A DNA stretch of 64,000 bases. Origin: Takakia lepidozioides (Eukaryota > Plantae > Bryophyta). The stretch spans positions 86,738,001 through 86,802,000 of the forward strand of contig CM060731.1 in NCBI GenBank assembly GCA_030704615.1, given 5' to 3'. Both the position numbers and the translations under genes were made by a program. The notes under the pieces are model-generated. The model was not told the origin of the DNA. It did no database searches and saw only the letters and a program-made list of their open reading frames with translations. Of this stretch, positions 1-13,800 are shown in pieces (within the stretch, counting starts at the first letter, position 1; each line of letters starts with the position of its first letter).

Positions 1-566
1 CGGGTTGCGGTGGGGGTGGCTCCACAAGGGGTGGTGGTAGCTTAGCGGGACTTAGTGGGGGTGGCATAGGACTCACCATGGGGTGGAGACCTCGAGGTGG
101 GAGTCGTGGGGAGTCTTGGGACTCATCACGGTCCATTGGGGCCGCGGTGAGTGGGCCAAGACTCACCGCGACTCACCACCGGGAATCGAGGGTCTTCGTG
201 GTGGTTCGCCATAAAATGGCATGGCTGATTGTGAAACCCCCGCGGACAGCTACAGAAGTATATATAGGGAGTAGTAACCCCGAGAACGGTGCAAGCCCGT
301 TGGTGACCAAAAACTAGTGAGTAAGCGAGCGAGCCGGAAAGCGACCAAAGAGTGGGGAGCTGTTCCGGACTGCCAACTACCAAAGGGAATTCCCGCTGGT
401 TCCAAAGCGGTGGAGGGTTCTTTGGGAGAACAAAGGGGGACCGTTATGCCCCGGTGAGCAGCCGAAGCTCCAAGTTGGCCCGGCGGCCAGGTTGGGAGTC
501 AGGCGCGCGCATCAAAGCGAGTAACTATGACTTGAGGGGGAGCTTACCGAAGGGAGGTGCGCGACA
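1..566 (+). repeat. 5' LTR of Ty3/gypsy element G1 (copy 1, left end outside window)
   Basis: Ends ...GCGCGACA, the inverse of the TGTCGCG start seen in copy 2 at 39839. Followed by a PBS. Near-identical to about 40094-40659. Confidence 0.85.
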
Positions 567-568
567 CT

Positions 569-580
569 TGGTATCAGAGC
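569..580 (+). promoter_or_regulatory. Primer-binding site (tRNA-iMet)
   Basis: TGGTATCAGAGC, 2 nt after the LTR end. Confidence 0.9.
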
Positions 581-621
581 TTAGAGTTCAGTACGCGATC
601 GTCCTTGGGATTGGCCTCATA

Positions 622-2170
622 ATGGGGTCGGGCAAGCCGAAGCGAAAGCGGAACGGCCCAAAAGATGATGATCCTGGTGAGCCCGATGGGGGCGACGTGT
701 CACCGAGGCGGCCGTTTGAGGAAGCGATGAATGTTTCCGAAAACGAGGCCGCTCAAGAGCGGGAGGAATCCAAGGAGTCGGAGCCCGAGGAATCCTTGAG
801 AGCTCCGACAAACCAAGAGATGTCTCCCATGCTGGCAGCCTTTTGGGAATTGGCGCAGTTTGGCGGGACGTTGAAAGACGTGTTGAAGGCGGCTAATGCC
901 ACTTCCACTAAGACAAAGTTTAAGGTGAAGCCTAAGGAACCCAGCACCTTCGAGGGCGTTCAAAATCGGAAGGCACTCAACACCTGGCTCCTGGAGCTAG
1001 AGCAGTACTTCCGGGCGGCTAAGTTGAGTGACGAGGATCGGGTGGAAGTGGCTCACCTTGAACTGGAGTGGGTTCAAGGAATTGATGAAGAGACAGTTTG
1101 TGCCCCTCAACGCATCCTGGCTTGCCCGGGACAAGATGAGGAATTTGAAGCAAACAGATGACATTCGGGGGTATGTCCAGGCTTTCAATGTGCTGTTGCT
1201 CGAAGTCGCGGACATGGCAGAACCAGAAATGGTCTTCAACTTTGTGGCGGGACTGGCCCCATGGGCCAGGCGGAAGTTGGAGGAGAAGCCACCCAAGACT
1301 TTGAACGAGGCAATTGAGAGGGCTGAATGTTTCTCGGATGTCCCTAGGGGTGAGAGACAAGGCCGTACGGAGCTGAACCACAAGAAGACCCGGCGGGAAG
1401 GTGACTCCTTCCGACCGGAAAAGAAGTGGGATAGGCCACGCGGCGACAATGGCACGTGGAAATCGAAGGGAGGGCCTTCACACGTCAAGGCGGCACCCGG
1501 TGCTTCGAAAGGAAAAGCGGGTGGAGCGGCTTATGGCGGACAGAAGGCAACCTTTGATGGAGTGTGTTTCAATTGCGGGGAGCCCGGGCACATGGCCAAG
1601 AAGTGCACAAAACCTCGACAATTGAACATGACTCGGGCAACCACGGAGCTGTCGGAAGATACCATCAGTCGCTTGGTGGAAGCGGTGGTCGCCAGGACTT
1701 GCAAGGTAGGCAACTATTCTTGTGAGTTGTATCAGGAAACTGGCGCCCTGCGTAAAGGGAGTCAGTTATTGTTCGTGGATGGGATAATATCCGGAACTAA
1801 CGTGTCGTTGTTGGTGGACACAGGAGCGTCGCACTCCTTCATGACGCCGGCGGCGGCGCAAAAGTTGGGACTCCCAACAAGTGACGTGGGGGCCTCTATT
1901 GAGGTGCGCTCTGCCAAAGGAGAACCTTAGTTGGCGACAAGGTTGGCGTTTGATGTTCCTCTTCAACTGGGGAGTTGGGAGGGACATGAGAACTTCACCA
2001 TCTGCGAGATCGATGGAGTGGATCTCATTTTGGGGATGACCTTTTTGAGCAAATCCGGAGCGGTCATAGATGGCCGCAAGAGAGTAGTCACGCTGCCATG
2101 TGGGAATGGTGGCGAGGTTTTACGAGTGTCGGAAACGCCCAAATCCGTGGGAGGGCGAATAAACCTTCTG
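622..2170 (+). pseudogene. Ty3/gypsy gag-protease, disrupted and truncated before RT
   Basis: Retrotransposon gag (LNTWLLELEQYF, ARDKMRNLKQT), CCHC knuckle CFNCGEPGHMAKKC, protease LVDTGASHSF. Frameshifting deletion near 1053 relative to copy 2, and a TAG stop at 1928. Confidence 0.9.
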
Positions 2171-3900
2171 TGGGGAGAAGGACACAGCCACATCTAGGAA
2201 GGATATGGAACTCAATGTCATTCGTGAACACTTGTGGTTGAGACCCCATCCCTCTCACCCGAACAAGTTGGTCAAGCCTTTGGCCCCATATGTTCTTACT
2301 GAAGATGAGAAGGTGCTGTTTTTGGAAACATTGGCCGCAGTAAAGGCCCCCACAGGTTATGCTGCCACATTCCAGAAACATGTGGCTGACAATAAACTGT
2401 CTACAATGAAAACCCATGACTACCATGTAATGATGCAGCAGATTTTACCTCTTTGCATTCGAGGGGTATTGGGAAAGGGTCCACGGATGGCAATTATGAG
2501 GCTTTCTCGAGTCTTCCAAAAAGTGTGTGCAAAGATCATTAATCCAGCTGAGGTACCAGCCTTAAAAGAAGATGTTGCAATCACTATGTGTCTGCTGGAG
2601 AAAGAATTCCCTCCGTCATTTTTTGATATCATGACTCACTTGCTTGTACACCTTGTGGACGAATTGGAGGTGTGTGGTCCCGTGTCTAGCCGTTGGATGT
2701 ATCCTATGGAACGGTATATGAAGACATTAAAAGGCTATGTAAGGAATATGAGCCGACCTGAAGGGAGCATGGCGGAAGGGTATGCTTTGGATGAGGCCCT
2801 AGGGTTTCTAACTGAGTATATGGCTGAATTTCATGCTACAAGCCGAAGGGTGTGGGACTCCAATGAAGAAGACTCAGTTAGTGGGGAGGTGGTTGAAGGA
2901 TTGGGAACTGTACGAGTCCTCACCATTCAAGAATGAGACAGTGCACACGAGTATATTTTGCACAACACAGATTGCATGAAACCATTCCTTGAGTAAGTAT
3001 GTTGCTTATCATATCCTGTGTGTTTCATTTCTGCCAATGGTATAAGCTGTAATCCTAATTTGCAATTCTCATTTGGACAGGGCCTATGAAGAGGAGATGG
3101 CACTCATAGAAGCATCCCGCACTGAGTTCAGAACAGCATACCTTTGTGGACAAGACCAAGACCACCACAATGGAGAAATTCCATACCCAACAGATATGCG
3201 CTTACTGGCTCCATTCCATGAATGGATTGAAGGTGCTGTCCAACGCAAGGTGAGTTCAGGTGAGTCCTATGATTTGGACATATGCCATTTATGTATACCA
3301 CCAGCAGTACAGTCATTGGGCTTCAAGTCCATGTATGCTTACGGCAATCACTTTCGAGCAATAAGTGATGGGACTGGTGCCAGAGACAGGGTGACATTTG
3401 ATTCTGGAGTTGCTCAAGTATTCCATCAGGAAAGCGAAAACAGAGCAGGTATGTCCAGACAGTGTTATCCCAATTGGAATATGTGGGTGTTGTAAGAGAA
3501 ATAATTCAACTGGATTACGGAATTCTTCACCCAATTCTGTTCTTGTGTACATGGGTGAGGTCACACATGGTGGGCCGGAATGCCACCATGAAACGAGATG
3601 ATTATGGCTTTCTCTTGGTTGACTTCAGTCGCATGTTGCCTGGGATGGAGCAGCCCTGGACATTCCCTAGTCAGGTGGAGCAAGTTTTTTTCTCGGATGA
3701 AAAAAGTTCACGAGGGAACTGGAAGGTGGTCCTTCACAAGGACCCTCGATCCCGACGAGTGGTTCACGATATTACAGAAGTGGCACTGGGTGAGGGAGAC
3801 ATTTATGTAGGCATGGTGCCTCCTGAAATTCCTCATAACATCATGACTGAGCTTGCTGTTTGTGTTCCTTTGAGTGAGGCAGATGAATTGGCCATTGCCA
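2170..3900 (+). pseudogene. CACTA/En-Spm transposase C-terminal fragment (DUF4218/DUF4216-like)
   Basis: MKTHDYHVMMQQILP, FPPSFFDIMTHLLVHL, GPVSSRWMYPMERYMKTLKGYVRN..RPEGSMAEGY, YVGVVREIIQLDY, PWTFPSQVEQVFF; stops and frameshifts present. Confidence 0.9.
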
Positions 3901-3909
3901 ACTTGAATG

Positions 3910-5560
3910 CACCTGCAAGGCAGAGGCGAAATGGTAGAAGGCGGAGGCAAGCTCCACATGGGAGGTACCAAGCCAGTTGTGCTATGGTGTAGAGTTGGTT
4001 TCTGCTATTGCATGTACTTTTCCAGGGTTTAGACTTGATATAGCATGGTACCTTCCATGGGTGGGAGTGACTGAGCTGTTGGGGTGGGCAGAATTCTGAC
4101 AAACACACTTTCATTTGTGACAGTGAACCCTAAACAGTCATGAAGCTGTGGCATGAATACTTTTCTGACCCTAATCAATGGTGGCCCAATTGTGGGAAAA
4201 AGGTGAATGCATGTTGGATTATAGAGAGTAGCAGATGCAATTGAGCATAGGAACTAGTGTGAGAAGTTGAGTTGGGTGTTTCCTTGAACAAATGTAGGCT
4301 GTTATTGTCAGTTGCTACCAGCAAGGCAAAGATGTATGCATGATTTGTGAGAGGCATGGATAGCTGAAGGAGCAGGGATAGAGTGTGGGTCCAGATTCAT
4401 CCAAGAGGGCCACATTTCAAGCACAACATTGCCTATGATTCCTTGTGGAAGGATTGGTACAAGAAACCTGCATGGGTAGATGGTCAACTGGAAGCCGCAG
4501 CAGCAGCGGCACAATTGGTAAAATCAGGCGATGAGGGCACCTTCTTCAACACATTTCAGCCTGTTTTTCCCCCTTATCACAATCGGCCCTAAATTTCCAT
4601 GTTGAATTATGCAAGTTAGCTGGTTGACTGAATCTTTGAAAGATTGGAGTGACTTTGACATGATACTGCCAATGTGACAACAAGAAAGTATCCAGAAACA
4701 AGTACAAGAGATGAGGAGAAGGTGTGGAATGAATACTTTTCTGATTTGGTCAAGTTTAGGGAGTGTTCAACACTATGGCTGAACAAGATGTGGTGTCGTG
4801 GAGCGCGATGCTTGCAGGATGTGCACAGCAGTGAAGTGGGATGGAGCCTTTGAATTGCTGAATTGGCCTGCAAGGCAGAGGCGAAATGGTAGAAGGCGGA
4901 GGCAAGCTCCACATGGGAGGTACCAAGCCAGTTGTGCTATGGTGTAGAGTTGATTTCTGCTATTGCATGTACTTTTCCAGGGTTTATACTTGATACAGCA
5001 TGGTACCTTACATGGGTGGGAGTGACTGAGCTGTTGGGGTGGGCAGAATTCTGACAAACACACTTTCATTTGTGACAGTGAACCCTAAACAGTCATGAAG
5101 CTGTGGCATGAATACTTTTCTGACCCTAATCAATGGTGGCCCAATTGTGGCAAAAAGGTGAATGTCTGTTGGATTACAGAGAGTAGCAGATGCAATTGAG
5201 CATATGAACTAGTGTGAGAAGTTGAGTTGGGTGTTTCCTAGAACAAATGTAGGCTGTTATTGTCAGAAGGATGTATGCATGATTTGTGAGAGGCATGGAT
5301 AGCTGAAGGAGCAGGGATAGAGTGTGGGTCCAGATTCATCGGTGAGGGCCACATTTCAAGCACAACATTGCCTATGATTCCTTGTGGGAGAATAGCTACA
5401 AGAAACCTGCATGGGTAGATGGTCAATTGGAAGCCGCAGCAGCAGCGACACAATTGGTAAAATCAGGCAATGAGGGCACCTTCTTCAACACATTTCACCC
5501 TGTTTTTCCCTCTTATTAGAATCGGCCCTAAATTTCCATGTTGAATTTTGCAAGTTAGCT
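3910..5560 (+). pseudogene. Two direct copies (about 3910-4625 and 4867-5560) of a gene fragment resembling the OSB-type 'PDF' ssDNA-binding motif
   Basis: KLWHEYFSDPNQWWPNCGKKVN and HPRGPHFKHNIAYDSLW..KPAWVDGQL resemble the OSB PDF motif (W.DFF.NP..WWDNR..K.NP..PDFKHK...EALW). Both copies are near-identical. Confidence 0.55.
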
Positions 5561-5925
5561 GGTGGTGGACACATGTATAGCAAATGTGGGAGCACTGAGG
5601 ATGCGTGTTCAACACTATGGCTGAACGAGATTGTGCGGTTGCAGTGCGTGTGCAAGTCTAGCAGCTTTAGATGCATCACCACAGTTGGAATTGTAACAGA
5701 TGCGATCCAAATGTGGGGAGCATCAAGGGTATGCCAAATGCCTCGTATGCCAAATGTGGGAGCATCAAGGGCAAACCTGGCAGCTCTGGAAAAAGGGAAG
5801 AGGTCCATGGTTTCATTGTCAAAGCTGGAATTCTACCTGATGTGATTCTGAACAATGCCCTCGTGGACATGTATGCCAAATGTGGGAGCATCAAGGATGC
5901 GAAGGCAGTTTTCCAACACTATGGC
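5560..5925 (+). pseudogene. PLS-class pentatricopeptide repeat gene remnant
   Basis: VHGFIVKAGILPDVILNNALVDMYAKCGSIKDAKAVF plus repeated MYxKCGS fragments. Confidence 0.8.
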
Positions 5926-7369
5926 TCTTGGAGTGATTTTGACATGTACCAGCGAAGGGGAGAAAGTGGGGCCCTCAGTAGACGAGTTGAAAAGCACTAG
6001 TTAAAAAGCACTGGCGCTTGATAGGGTGGGGCAAAATTCAGGCTGGGGTGATCATTGATATCCCGGACGCAATGTAAAAAAGACGGTTGTGAGTGAAGGA
6101 CACCCGTAGCAAAAAAACCCTGCTGTCTCAAAAAAGGAGGCAGTCACAAAGAGCAAGGCACTTTGTCCAAGCTTCTCGAATCTAGCAACAATGTGGACAG
6201 GGATTGAGTCATTGGGAACAATTTATGTAAGGTGGCGAAGAAAACCTTGTCTGAGGATCACTGGATATTTCTCTAGTACGGTTGGACTAGTAGAGATTGA
6301 AATCCGTGCTCAGCTCAGCTTCAGACTGTCTCATTGTGAAGGGTCACGGTTGACTGGACAGAAATGGGATTGACATTGCCGGGCTCCCAAATCTCTGAGA
6401 CGACATGTGGTAGTTTTATCTATAGCTTCTCAAAGCAATTGTTTTACATTGTTCATTATAGTGTGACATTCTCATAACGATATTGTCGTCAGCTACATGA
6501 GCAGTGCATCTTTTTGGATTGTTGGTCCCCATAACCCTAATAACCTTTTTGAACTTTTTAAATTCTCTAAACAAAAGTCTATGTGTTATGTCGTCCAGGG
6601 CATGTTGAATAGAGGTGGAAGTCATTTTATCCATCCATCTTCCACCTGGATGGTCAATGGGCCAAGTCATATCCACCTTGATGGTCAATGTGCCACGCCA
6701 TATAGTTGCCCCAAATTCCTGTAGGACATCTGACACTCACCTCACACTCCATGACTCATTTGACACTCATGTCAAATGCCCCATATGAATTATCTTGGTC
6801 AACATCTGTTGACCGTATGGGTGTCATTCGAGTGTGAAATTTGTAACACCATGTGGCTTTTCCTACAATGATCCAAATCACACCTTGCCTCGTCTCACAT
6901 GGGTGTAAGAAGAGTCGTTCAAAGTGCCAGGTGTGAACTATGGGTGGTGTTGGAAAAACCGGTTTCTGTAGTAGTGGTCTTTCACTCATTCACGTGCTAT
7001 TCCTTGGCCATCACTACAACAGAACGTGGTTTTTATGACTGCCAACCCGGTAGTCATGGTTTTCCTGACTTTGACCATGACTACACCATGTTTTTAAATG
7101 AAATTGACCTCCCGAAGTAGTTCATATGACTACAGCAGTCGTCGTTCATACGACTGTAGTCATATGAACGACTGTCAAACTAGTCGTCTATATGACTACA
7201 TGGCTCCGGAATGGGCGGAAGGTTGGTCAACGATAAACCAGATTTAGTTCACCACTCATAGTCATTTCCATGACTACAGTGTCCATGGATGAGGTTACAT
7301 AGTCATGAGGACTACTGGAGATTTTGTCATTTAATGTGTATAATATATTGTTATATACAATTAAAGTGG

Positions 7370-7513
7370 CAGATGACGGACAGTGCCACGTCATAATTTG
7401 CCGCCACATCATCATGCTGACATGACACTCACACCACGTCAGCGTGGGTGCAGGCTCACGCCACGTCAGCTGGCGTGAGCGTACGCTCGCGCGCTCACGC
7501 CATTGCGTCGTTG
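7370..7513 (-). repeat. Displaced terminus (TIR plus CGTGAGC subterminal repeats) of MULE B
   Basis: Minus-strand CAACGACGCAATGGCGTGAGC aligns with CAGGGATGCCTCAGCGTGAGC at 37710. Both are flanked by CTGTGAGTA (7514-7522 and 37701-37709). Confidence 0.65.
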
Positions 7514-7935
7514 CTGTGAGTATATATTTGTTCCTTGTAGTCGTTGCTGGTGGATTGATTGGTCCTACAAAATCTAATCCCCATTTCTGGAATGGTTCAG
7601 TAGGCATTGTAGGATGAAGAGACATCTTCCCTTAACGCTGTCCCAATCTTTGGCACTCGTCACAGCTTTTCGCAAAAATTGTGTACATCCTTAAATAGTG
7701 TAGGCCACCAGTATCATGCCAGTAAAATCTTCTTGTACTAGTAGTCTCTTCTCCATAGTATCCTCCAGCCGCTCCTCTATGAGTCTCCTCCAAGACTTTA
7801 TTGACCTCATGACGATACAAACACCTCTTCAGAACTCCATCTGGTCCTAACTTGTAAAGTTTTCCTCCTATCATAGTGTATGGTAAAGCCTTAATGGCTA
7901 TCCTCCTTATCTGCTCCTTTCTATAACCACCATAT
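7514..7935 (-). pseudogene. Gypsy G2 integrase N-terminal fragment (zinc-binding region to first catalytic Asp)
   Basis: LEETHRGAAGGY, KSCDECQR, PFQKWGLDFVGPI...KYILT. Confidence 0.85.
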
Positions 7936-8659
7936 GGTCACATGAATGAGTAATGGGTATATTGGTTAGCAAGTAGTGAATTATAAGTCTTATAGCAAAG
8001 AGGTTGCGGGTTAAAACTCCTCCAAGTATAATCAAATGGATATGATGGCCCTAGGGTTAGTACGTGAGCTACGGATAGCACGTGGCACCCTAGATGGGCT
8101 GCCATGTGGTTTTTTCTATTATTATAAATATGCATCATGCCACGTGGTGCAACGCGGTGCGACGCGACATCTAACATTTTTTTATTTTTTTATTTTATTA
8201 ATATATATATATTTATATAATTTAAAGCAGTGGCGCGATAGAGTTATGAGCAAAAGATAAATATATGACTGCAGTATGGTATATATGACTGCGACCGTCT
8301 ATAGTAAAAAAAAGTGACACGGTCTGAATGACTGTGAGCCCTATAGTCATGTCGCCGTTTTTATGACTATGTGTAGTCATATATGCAGTCATAAAAACCG
8401 CATTCTGTTGTAGTGCATCCACATAAATGCTTTAATATTCTTGGCTTCTATGTGTTGCTTCCCCAAGGATTAACACATCTCAACTTCATGCAAAAAAAAA
8501 TCTTCAACCTGTTTTCAAGCTTGAAATTGCGAAGCTCAAACCAAAAGCATACTCCACATATGCATAGTTTCACACACAAAGGAATCTACTTGCTCCTTTC
8601 ACAAATCCCAACTAGGAAGCATGATCCACACATGCACCACTTGCTTGGTTAACCACTTA

Positions 8660-10389
8660 CTTCATCAAGAGCAATCCAAGAGTGGAGCAGTAACAACAAC
8701 CCCAGTGGTGGAGGAAGGAAGTAGTTACCCACCACATTTCTATGAAGAAATAGAAATCCTAGAGGAACCGGTCGCAATTAGTTTACAGAATGAAATAGTG
8801 GCTGGGTGGACCATCACAGCTGAGGAGCAAGTGAGAGAAGTTAATGTGGGAACTGAGGAGGAACCAAGAATGCTTAAAGTAGGAGCTGACTTAGAACCTG
8901 AATTCTTTGAGGAAGCTAAGAGCTTATTTATTAATTACAAAGATGTATTTGCTTGGAGTTATGAAGATTTGAAGGGGATACCCCCTGAGATTTGCCAACA
9001 TAAAATTTTGGAAACAGGTTCAGTACCAATTAAGCAAGCAAGATACAGGATGAATCCCAACTATGCACAGAAGGTTGGGGAAGAGATTAAGAAGCTGACA
9101 GAAGCTAAATTCATATACCCAATAGAGTATACAACATGGCTATCACCCATTGTGATAGTTCTTAAGAAAAATGGCAAACTGAGAGTTTGTGTCAATTACA
9201 AGAAATTGAATGACTGCACAAAGAATGATCCATTTCTTTTGCCATTCACAAAAGTTGTACTAGATACTATAGCAGGCCATGAAATATACTCATTCATGGA
9301 TGGCTTCAGTGGATATAATCAAGTACAAGTAGCTGAAGAGGATCAGGGAAAGACTGCTTTCATTACTGATTGGGAAGCTTATGCTTACAAGGTCATGCCT
9401 TTTGGACTTTGTAATGCACTAGCTACATTCCAAAGAGTAATTAGTGAGTCATTCCATGAGTATTTGGATGACTTCATGCAGGTGTTCTTAGATGGCTTCA
9501 GTGTTTATAGCTCTAAGAATGAGTACCTGCAGAAGGTGGAGCCATGCTTAGCCAGATGCAGAATGAGAGGCCTTGGGTTAAATCCGAAAAAATGTACTTT
9601 CTGTGTGAACTCAGGAGTTCTTTTGGGACACATTGTGTATCGGAAAGGATTGCTTGTGGACCCTAAGAAGATAGAAGCTATTAAAGCATCTCCACCACCA
9701 GGTAATGTTAAAGCTCTAAGGAGATTCCTTGGACAAACCAATTTTATAGAAGGTTTGTCCGACGATATGCACAGAAAGATGCAGTGTATACATGGACAGC
9801 TGAATGCCAACAGGCCTTTGAGGATCTTACATTGTCAGTAACAACTACACCAGTGTTGATTAACCCCCATTGGCATGTGGTATTTCATGTACATTGTGAT
9901 GCTTCAGGAGAAGCATTGGGAGCTGTGTTAGCTCAAAATGTTACAGGGAACATAGATTCACCTGTTTATTATGCTAGTAGATTATTGAACAGTGCTGAAA
10001 GAAATTATAGCACCTTTGAAAGAGAAGCTTTGGAAATGATTTATTCAGTCAAGAAGTTCAGGCATTATCTGTTGGGAAGGAAATTTATGTTCTATGTGGA
10101 TCATCAGACTTTGATTTATTTGGTGAACAAGCCTTTGATAAGTGGAAGAATAGCAAGATGGCTAATAATACTACATGAGTTTGAATTCAAAATTGTTTAC
10201 AAACCTGGATGGTTGCATCTGGTGGCAGATCACTTATCACGCCTGGAAACAGGAGAACCCGCCACAGGAGTGGATGATCAACTACCTGATGTCAATTTAT
10301 TTGCAGTAGAGGTAGGGGCTGATGATTGGTTGGATTGGCAGTGGCCAATCAGATACTATTTGACTCATGGTCAGTGCCCACAGCATTAA
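8660..10389 (+). pseudogene. Gypsy G2 reverse transcriptase-RNase H, frameshifted
   Basis: WLSPIVIVLKKNGKLRVCVNY, FMDGFSGYNQ, VMPFGLCNA, FLDG (degenerate YxDD), HCDASGEALGAVL, ERNYSTFEREAL. Confidence 0.92.
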
Positions 10390-10832
10390 CATGCGCCGCC
10401 TATAACCGAGGATGGTCCTATGACCGTGGAATTAATGCAGGGAATCTTGCCTAAATAGAATCAAGACTACCATGAGGCCTACAATTGTAGCATCCAACAT
10501 TGTGCAATTACAAATGCTTGTTTCACTTTTACAATTACGAGGACGAGAAAATATCCTCACAAAGTGTGCGCCATAGAGGCTGCCACGGGAAGACCTTACT
10601 CCCTCCTCAAATAACAATGAGAGTTAGGATCATCTTCAAAAGATGATTGTAGTGCATAGCGACAGCAAGACGTGTAGACTTCGAACGGTGCAATGACAAA
10701 TGTGCTTTTAAAAGTTGCCACTCAGAGCTCACTCCGTATAGTTGGAGGCCATATCATTGCACCGCCGACGAATTGATGTGAATTACACATTTCAAATCAT
10801 GGTCGTCCACATACCACATTGCATAGTTGATG

Positions 10833-13800
10833 CTACCCATGTGTTGTATCCCGCTGCAATAGAGTATCGACCTCGTTGAAACTCATAATGGCCTGGTGAA
10901 TGAAGTTGTCACGTTTGGGATCGCAAACCATCCTCTTCAAAAATATGAAATACAAATGTTTGCAGGGTATGAATTTACCTCTCTTGCCCAAACTGGTTGA
11001 TAGCATATTCACAAAATCAGGACATGTGCAATTGGGGAAATTGGAAACCGTGATGTCGTAGGTCCTGTCATGAACAGCAGATGTGGAAGTGATGATTGTG
11101 AATACCCGACCATATCCTGGATCGGGTACTTCCGTGGTGCTTCCAACACGAGCTTGGAGCATTCTTGCGGACTCCACTTTGCCGAAGTGTTCAGCGGTTG
11201 GAGGGAAACGCCGAACGAGCTTTCCATCTCGTTTGGTTGGCCACAGCTCAAGATTTGCCGGGGGGACCCGGGAGGACGCAGAAGTAGTAGCACATGCATG
11301 GAGTTGGGGTTGTCTCGCAAGGGAAAAGCCTGCCTCCTCCAGCATTTCAATCTCCTGAAATCTGAGATGTGTTCCCACCTTCATGGGCCAAACGGTTGGA
11401 GGAGATGGCTTCATCACTACGGAAGGACGCACAGTTCCATGCACACATCTGGCACAATCATCTGCGCAAAACCAGAACTTATGGTTCTTGGCTTCTAGTT
11501 GACCGTATGGACGCATCAAACCCGTGACAGTCGGAGCAGAAGTTCGGGCACCACCTCTGGATATAGATGAAGTGCACTTCTCGAAATTAGTTACCCTGAT
11601 CGCTGTACATTTCACACGAGACCCTACACTTGTGCGTTCTATGTGCCAAACGTGGTCGGGGCATGCGGACTCAAGCACATCAAGGGGGTTGTTTCTCTCC
11701 TGCACCATTTCAGTGGCACTGTTTGATGCTGGAGCTTGCCGTCGTGTTGGAGGTTCCTCCACAATGGAGGTTCCGGACATGGAGCTGTCATGCAGGGGAA
11801 CACGAGGCTTCGAGAAGTTATCACGATCTGCCCTGTGCGAATCGGAATCCGAACCAGGTGGAGTGTTCAATTTCCTCTTACAGGAGCCGAATCTCTCCTC
11901 CCCTTCAAGATGTGGAACTCTAGAAACAAGTGGCGTTCCCTGGGCATACATGCTCACCGCCCGTGCTATCTTGATTGGATCCCCAGATCTGTTTGCAGCA
12001 CACAACATCAACTCTCATTTATCCGGACCCTTGCCACCAACCCCACCTCGCAAGAAATCACGGTGTCGGGTTTGTTGTTGCAAGGCACGTATCAAATCAT
12101 CTGTTGTTGCCACATACAAATCCCGACCTTGTTTCCCAGACTGCTGCAACCATGCATTGTGCATAGTTTCTGCCAAATTGCAAGATGGCATGTCCGCCAT
12201 TTCCTCAATGGACATGTTCTGCGAAGTGGAGAACCACACTTCAAAACAGTGAACAGAAAACAACATAAAGAAAGCGAGGAGACAATAAAATGGAAAGTAA
12301 ATGTATGAATAAAGCAAGAAATATAAGCCTCGTACCACTGCCATGGCTGCTCCCCACTGTCTATACCGGAAGTGCCAAAACGCCAGCCAATCTTCCAATG
12401 CTCTCATACTCTCAAGTGATGCAGCTCCAGAAGAGAACCACTAGGCACGAATTGTCTGGAACAAAGTGTTCGCCTCCTTCATTGTTCTAGCATCTTTGTA
12501 CTCTTTGCACAATTTACGGTGTTGAGTTTGCATCTCTGGTTTGATGTCCGACTTTGTATGTTTTTCCAGAGATTGTGTCCAATGGAATAGACATATACGC
12601 TCTCTTCCTCGCATTGGCACTTTTGGGTCGCCCGATCCGAAGACAATACGAACAACATTGAAATTTGCTTGAGCACTATCCGCCATGAAACCTGCGAAAT
12701 TTGGAGATGGCAGCCCATGACACGTATCAGGGAATTCCACATGAGCTTCTGGGATTCCGTATCCTCGGATTGCATGTCACAAACTGCAATTGTCATAACT
12801 CGTTGGTACACTGGATCATAGACATGACAAGCCATTGTCGTCCAATCCTTCACTCGTTTCACATGATCAAACATAAGAAAACATTTTGCAAGTCCCCAGT
12901 CTTCTGCATCCGCTTCACGAGGCTAACCCCACTGCCCTCCCCAACAGTCTACATTTTGAAAAGAAAAACTTTGATGGCATCTTGACCTGGGAATACATTG
13001 TCCTGGATGTAATCGTATTTGCTCACTCGTTTCAACTCCAAAATGTTGTCTATGTAGCCTCTGATACCAGAGCCCATTCTTAATGCATTGATCTGATGCC
13101 GAATGTTAGGTGAACTTAAAGTGGAGAAATGATCCATGACCAAGTCCAATGCTGCACCGTCAAGTTTAGTCCCCACAGAATCCCCTTCACTCAAAATATG
13201 GCTTTCCAAGAAGGATTTGCTTGCGCCAAGAGCAATTGCAGATGTTGTTGCGGATGGGTTTCTCCCGAACTCCTGTTTAATCAACCTCGATACTGTCTAA
13301 ACACTCTCCCTGTAATCCCCCTTCAAGACAGGATGGTTATGGAATCCAAAATGCACACAAGCTCTTGTCATTGTTTTCAAACGGTGGACAACATAGTACA
13401 TTCTTGCTCCGCAGAGTGCCAAGCAGGATGGCACAAGTTTGCAGAATTTGCAGACGAAAGTGTTTGCCGGTGGTGGGGCAGTCCCAGGCTGAAATGGATT
13501 TTCCGCCAGACCCTCCCATTCGCTTTGATTATGAACCCCAGACTGAAGAAAGTGTCTGCAATTCAGATTATCACACCTAAGGTGTCCATTGCAAACTGTT
13601 CTCCTGAAAACAAGCTTGTCATCATTCTGAATATTGGATGTTTTTGTTCTGCACGACGGGTGCCCGTCGTGTTTCTTGTCCATTCCATGCATCATGATTA
13701 TTACACCTCCAACTCGCGGAGGAGGAGGCAGCTCGAATAGGATATCGCCATCAAAAGTCTTTGGCAAGAACTTCACAGGCACCTGCTTCAAAGATTCCCA

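Larger units (their letters stand above)
7012..8415. mobile_element. Non-autonomous CACTA element
   Basis: TIRs CACTACAACAGAA(CGT/TGC)GGTTTTTATGACT, 3-bp TSD CAT (7009-7011 and 8416-8418), ATGACT subterminal repeats. Contains a foreign inverted piece at about 7370-7935. Confidence 0.9.

Noticed and set aside
6000-7011. Short ORFs that may be TE remnants
   Set aside because: No motif I can assign.
7514-7935. Pack-CACTA capture of an integrase fragment
   Set aside because: The piece is exactly what is missing after 10389 and carries B's terminus, so local rearrangement explains it better.
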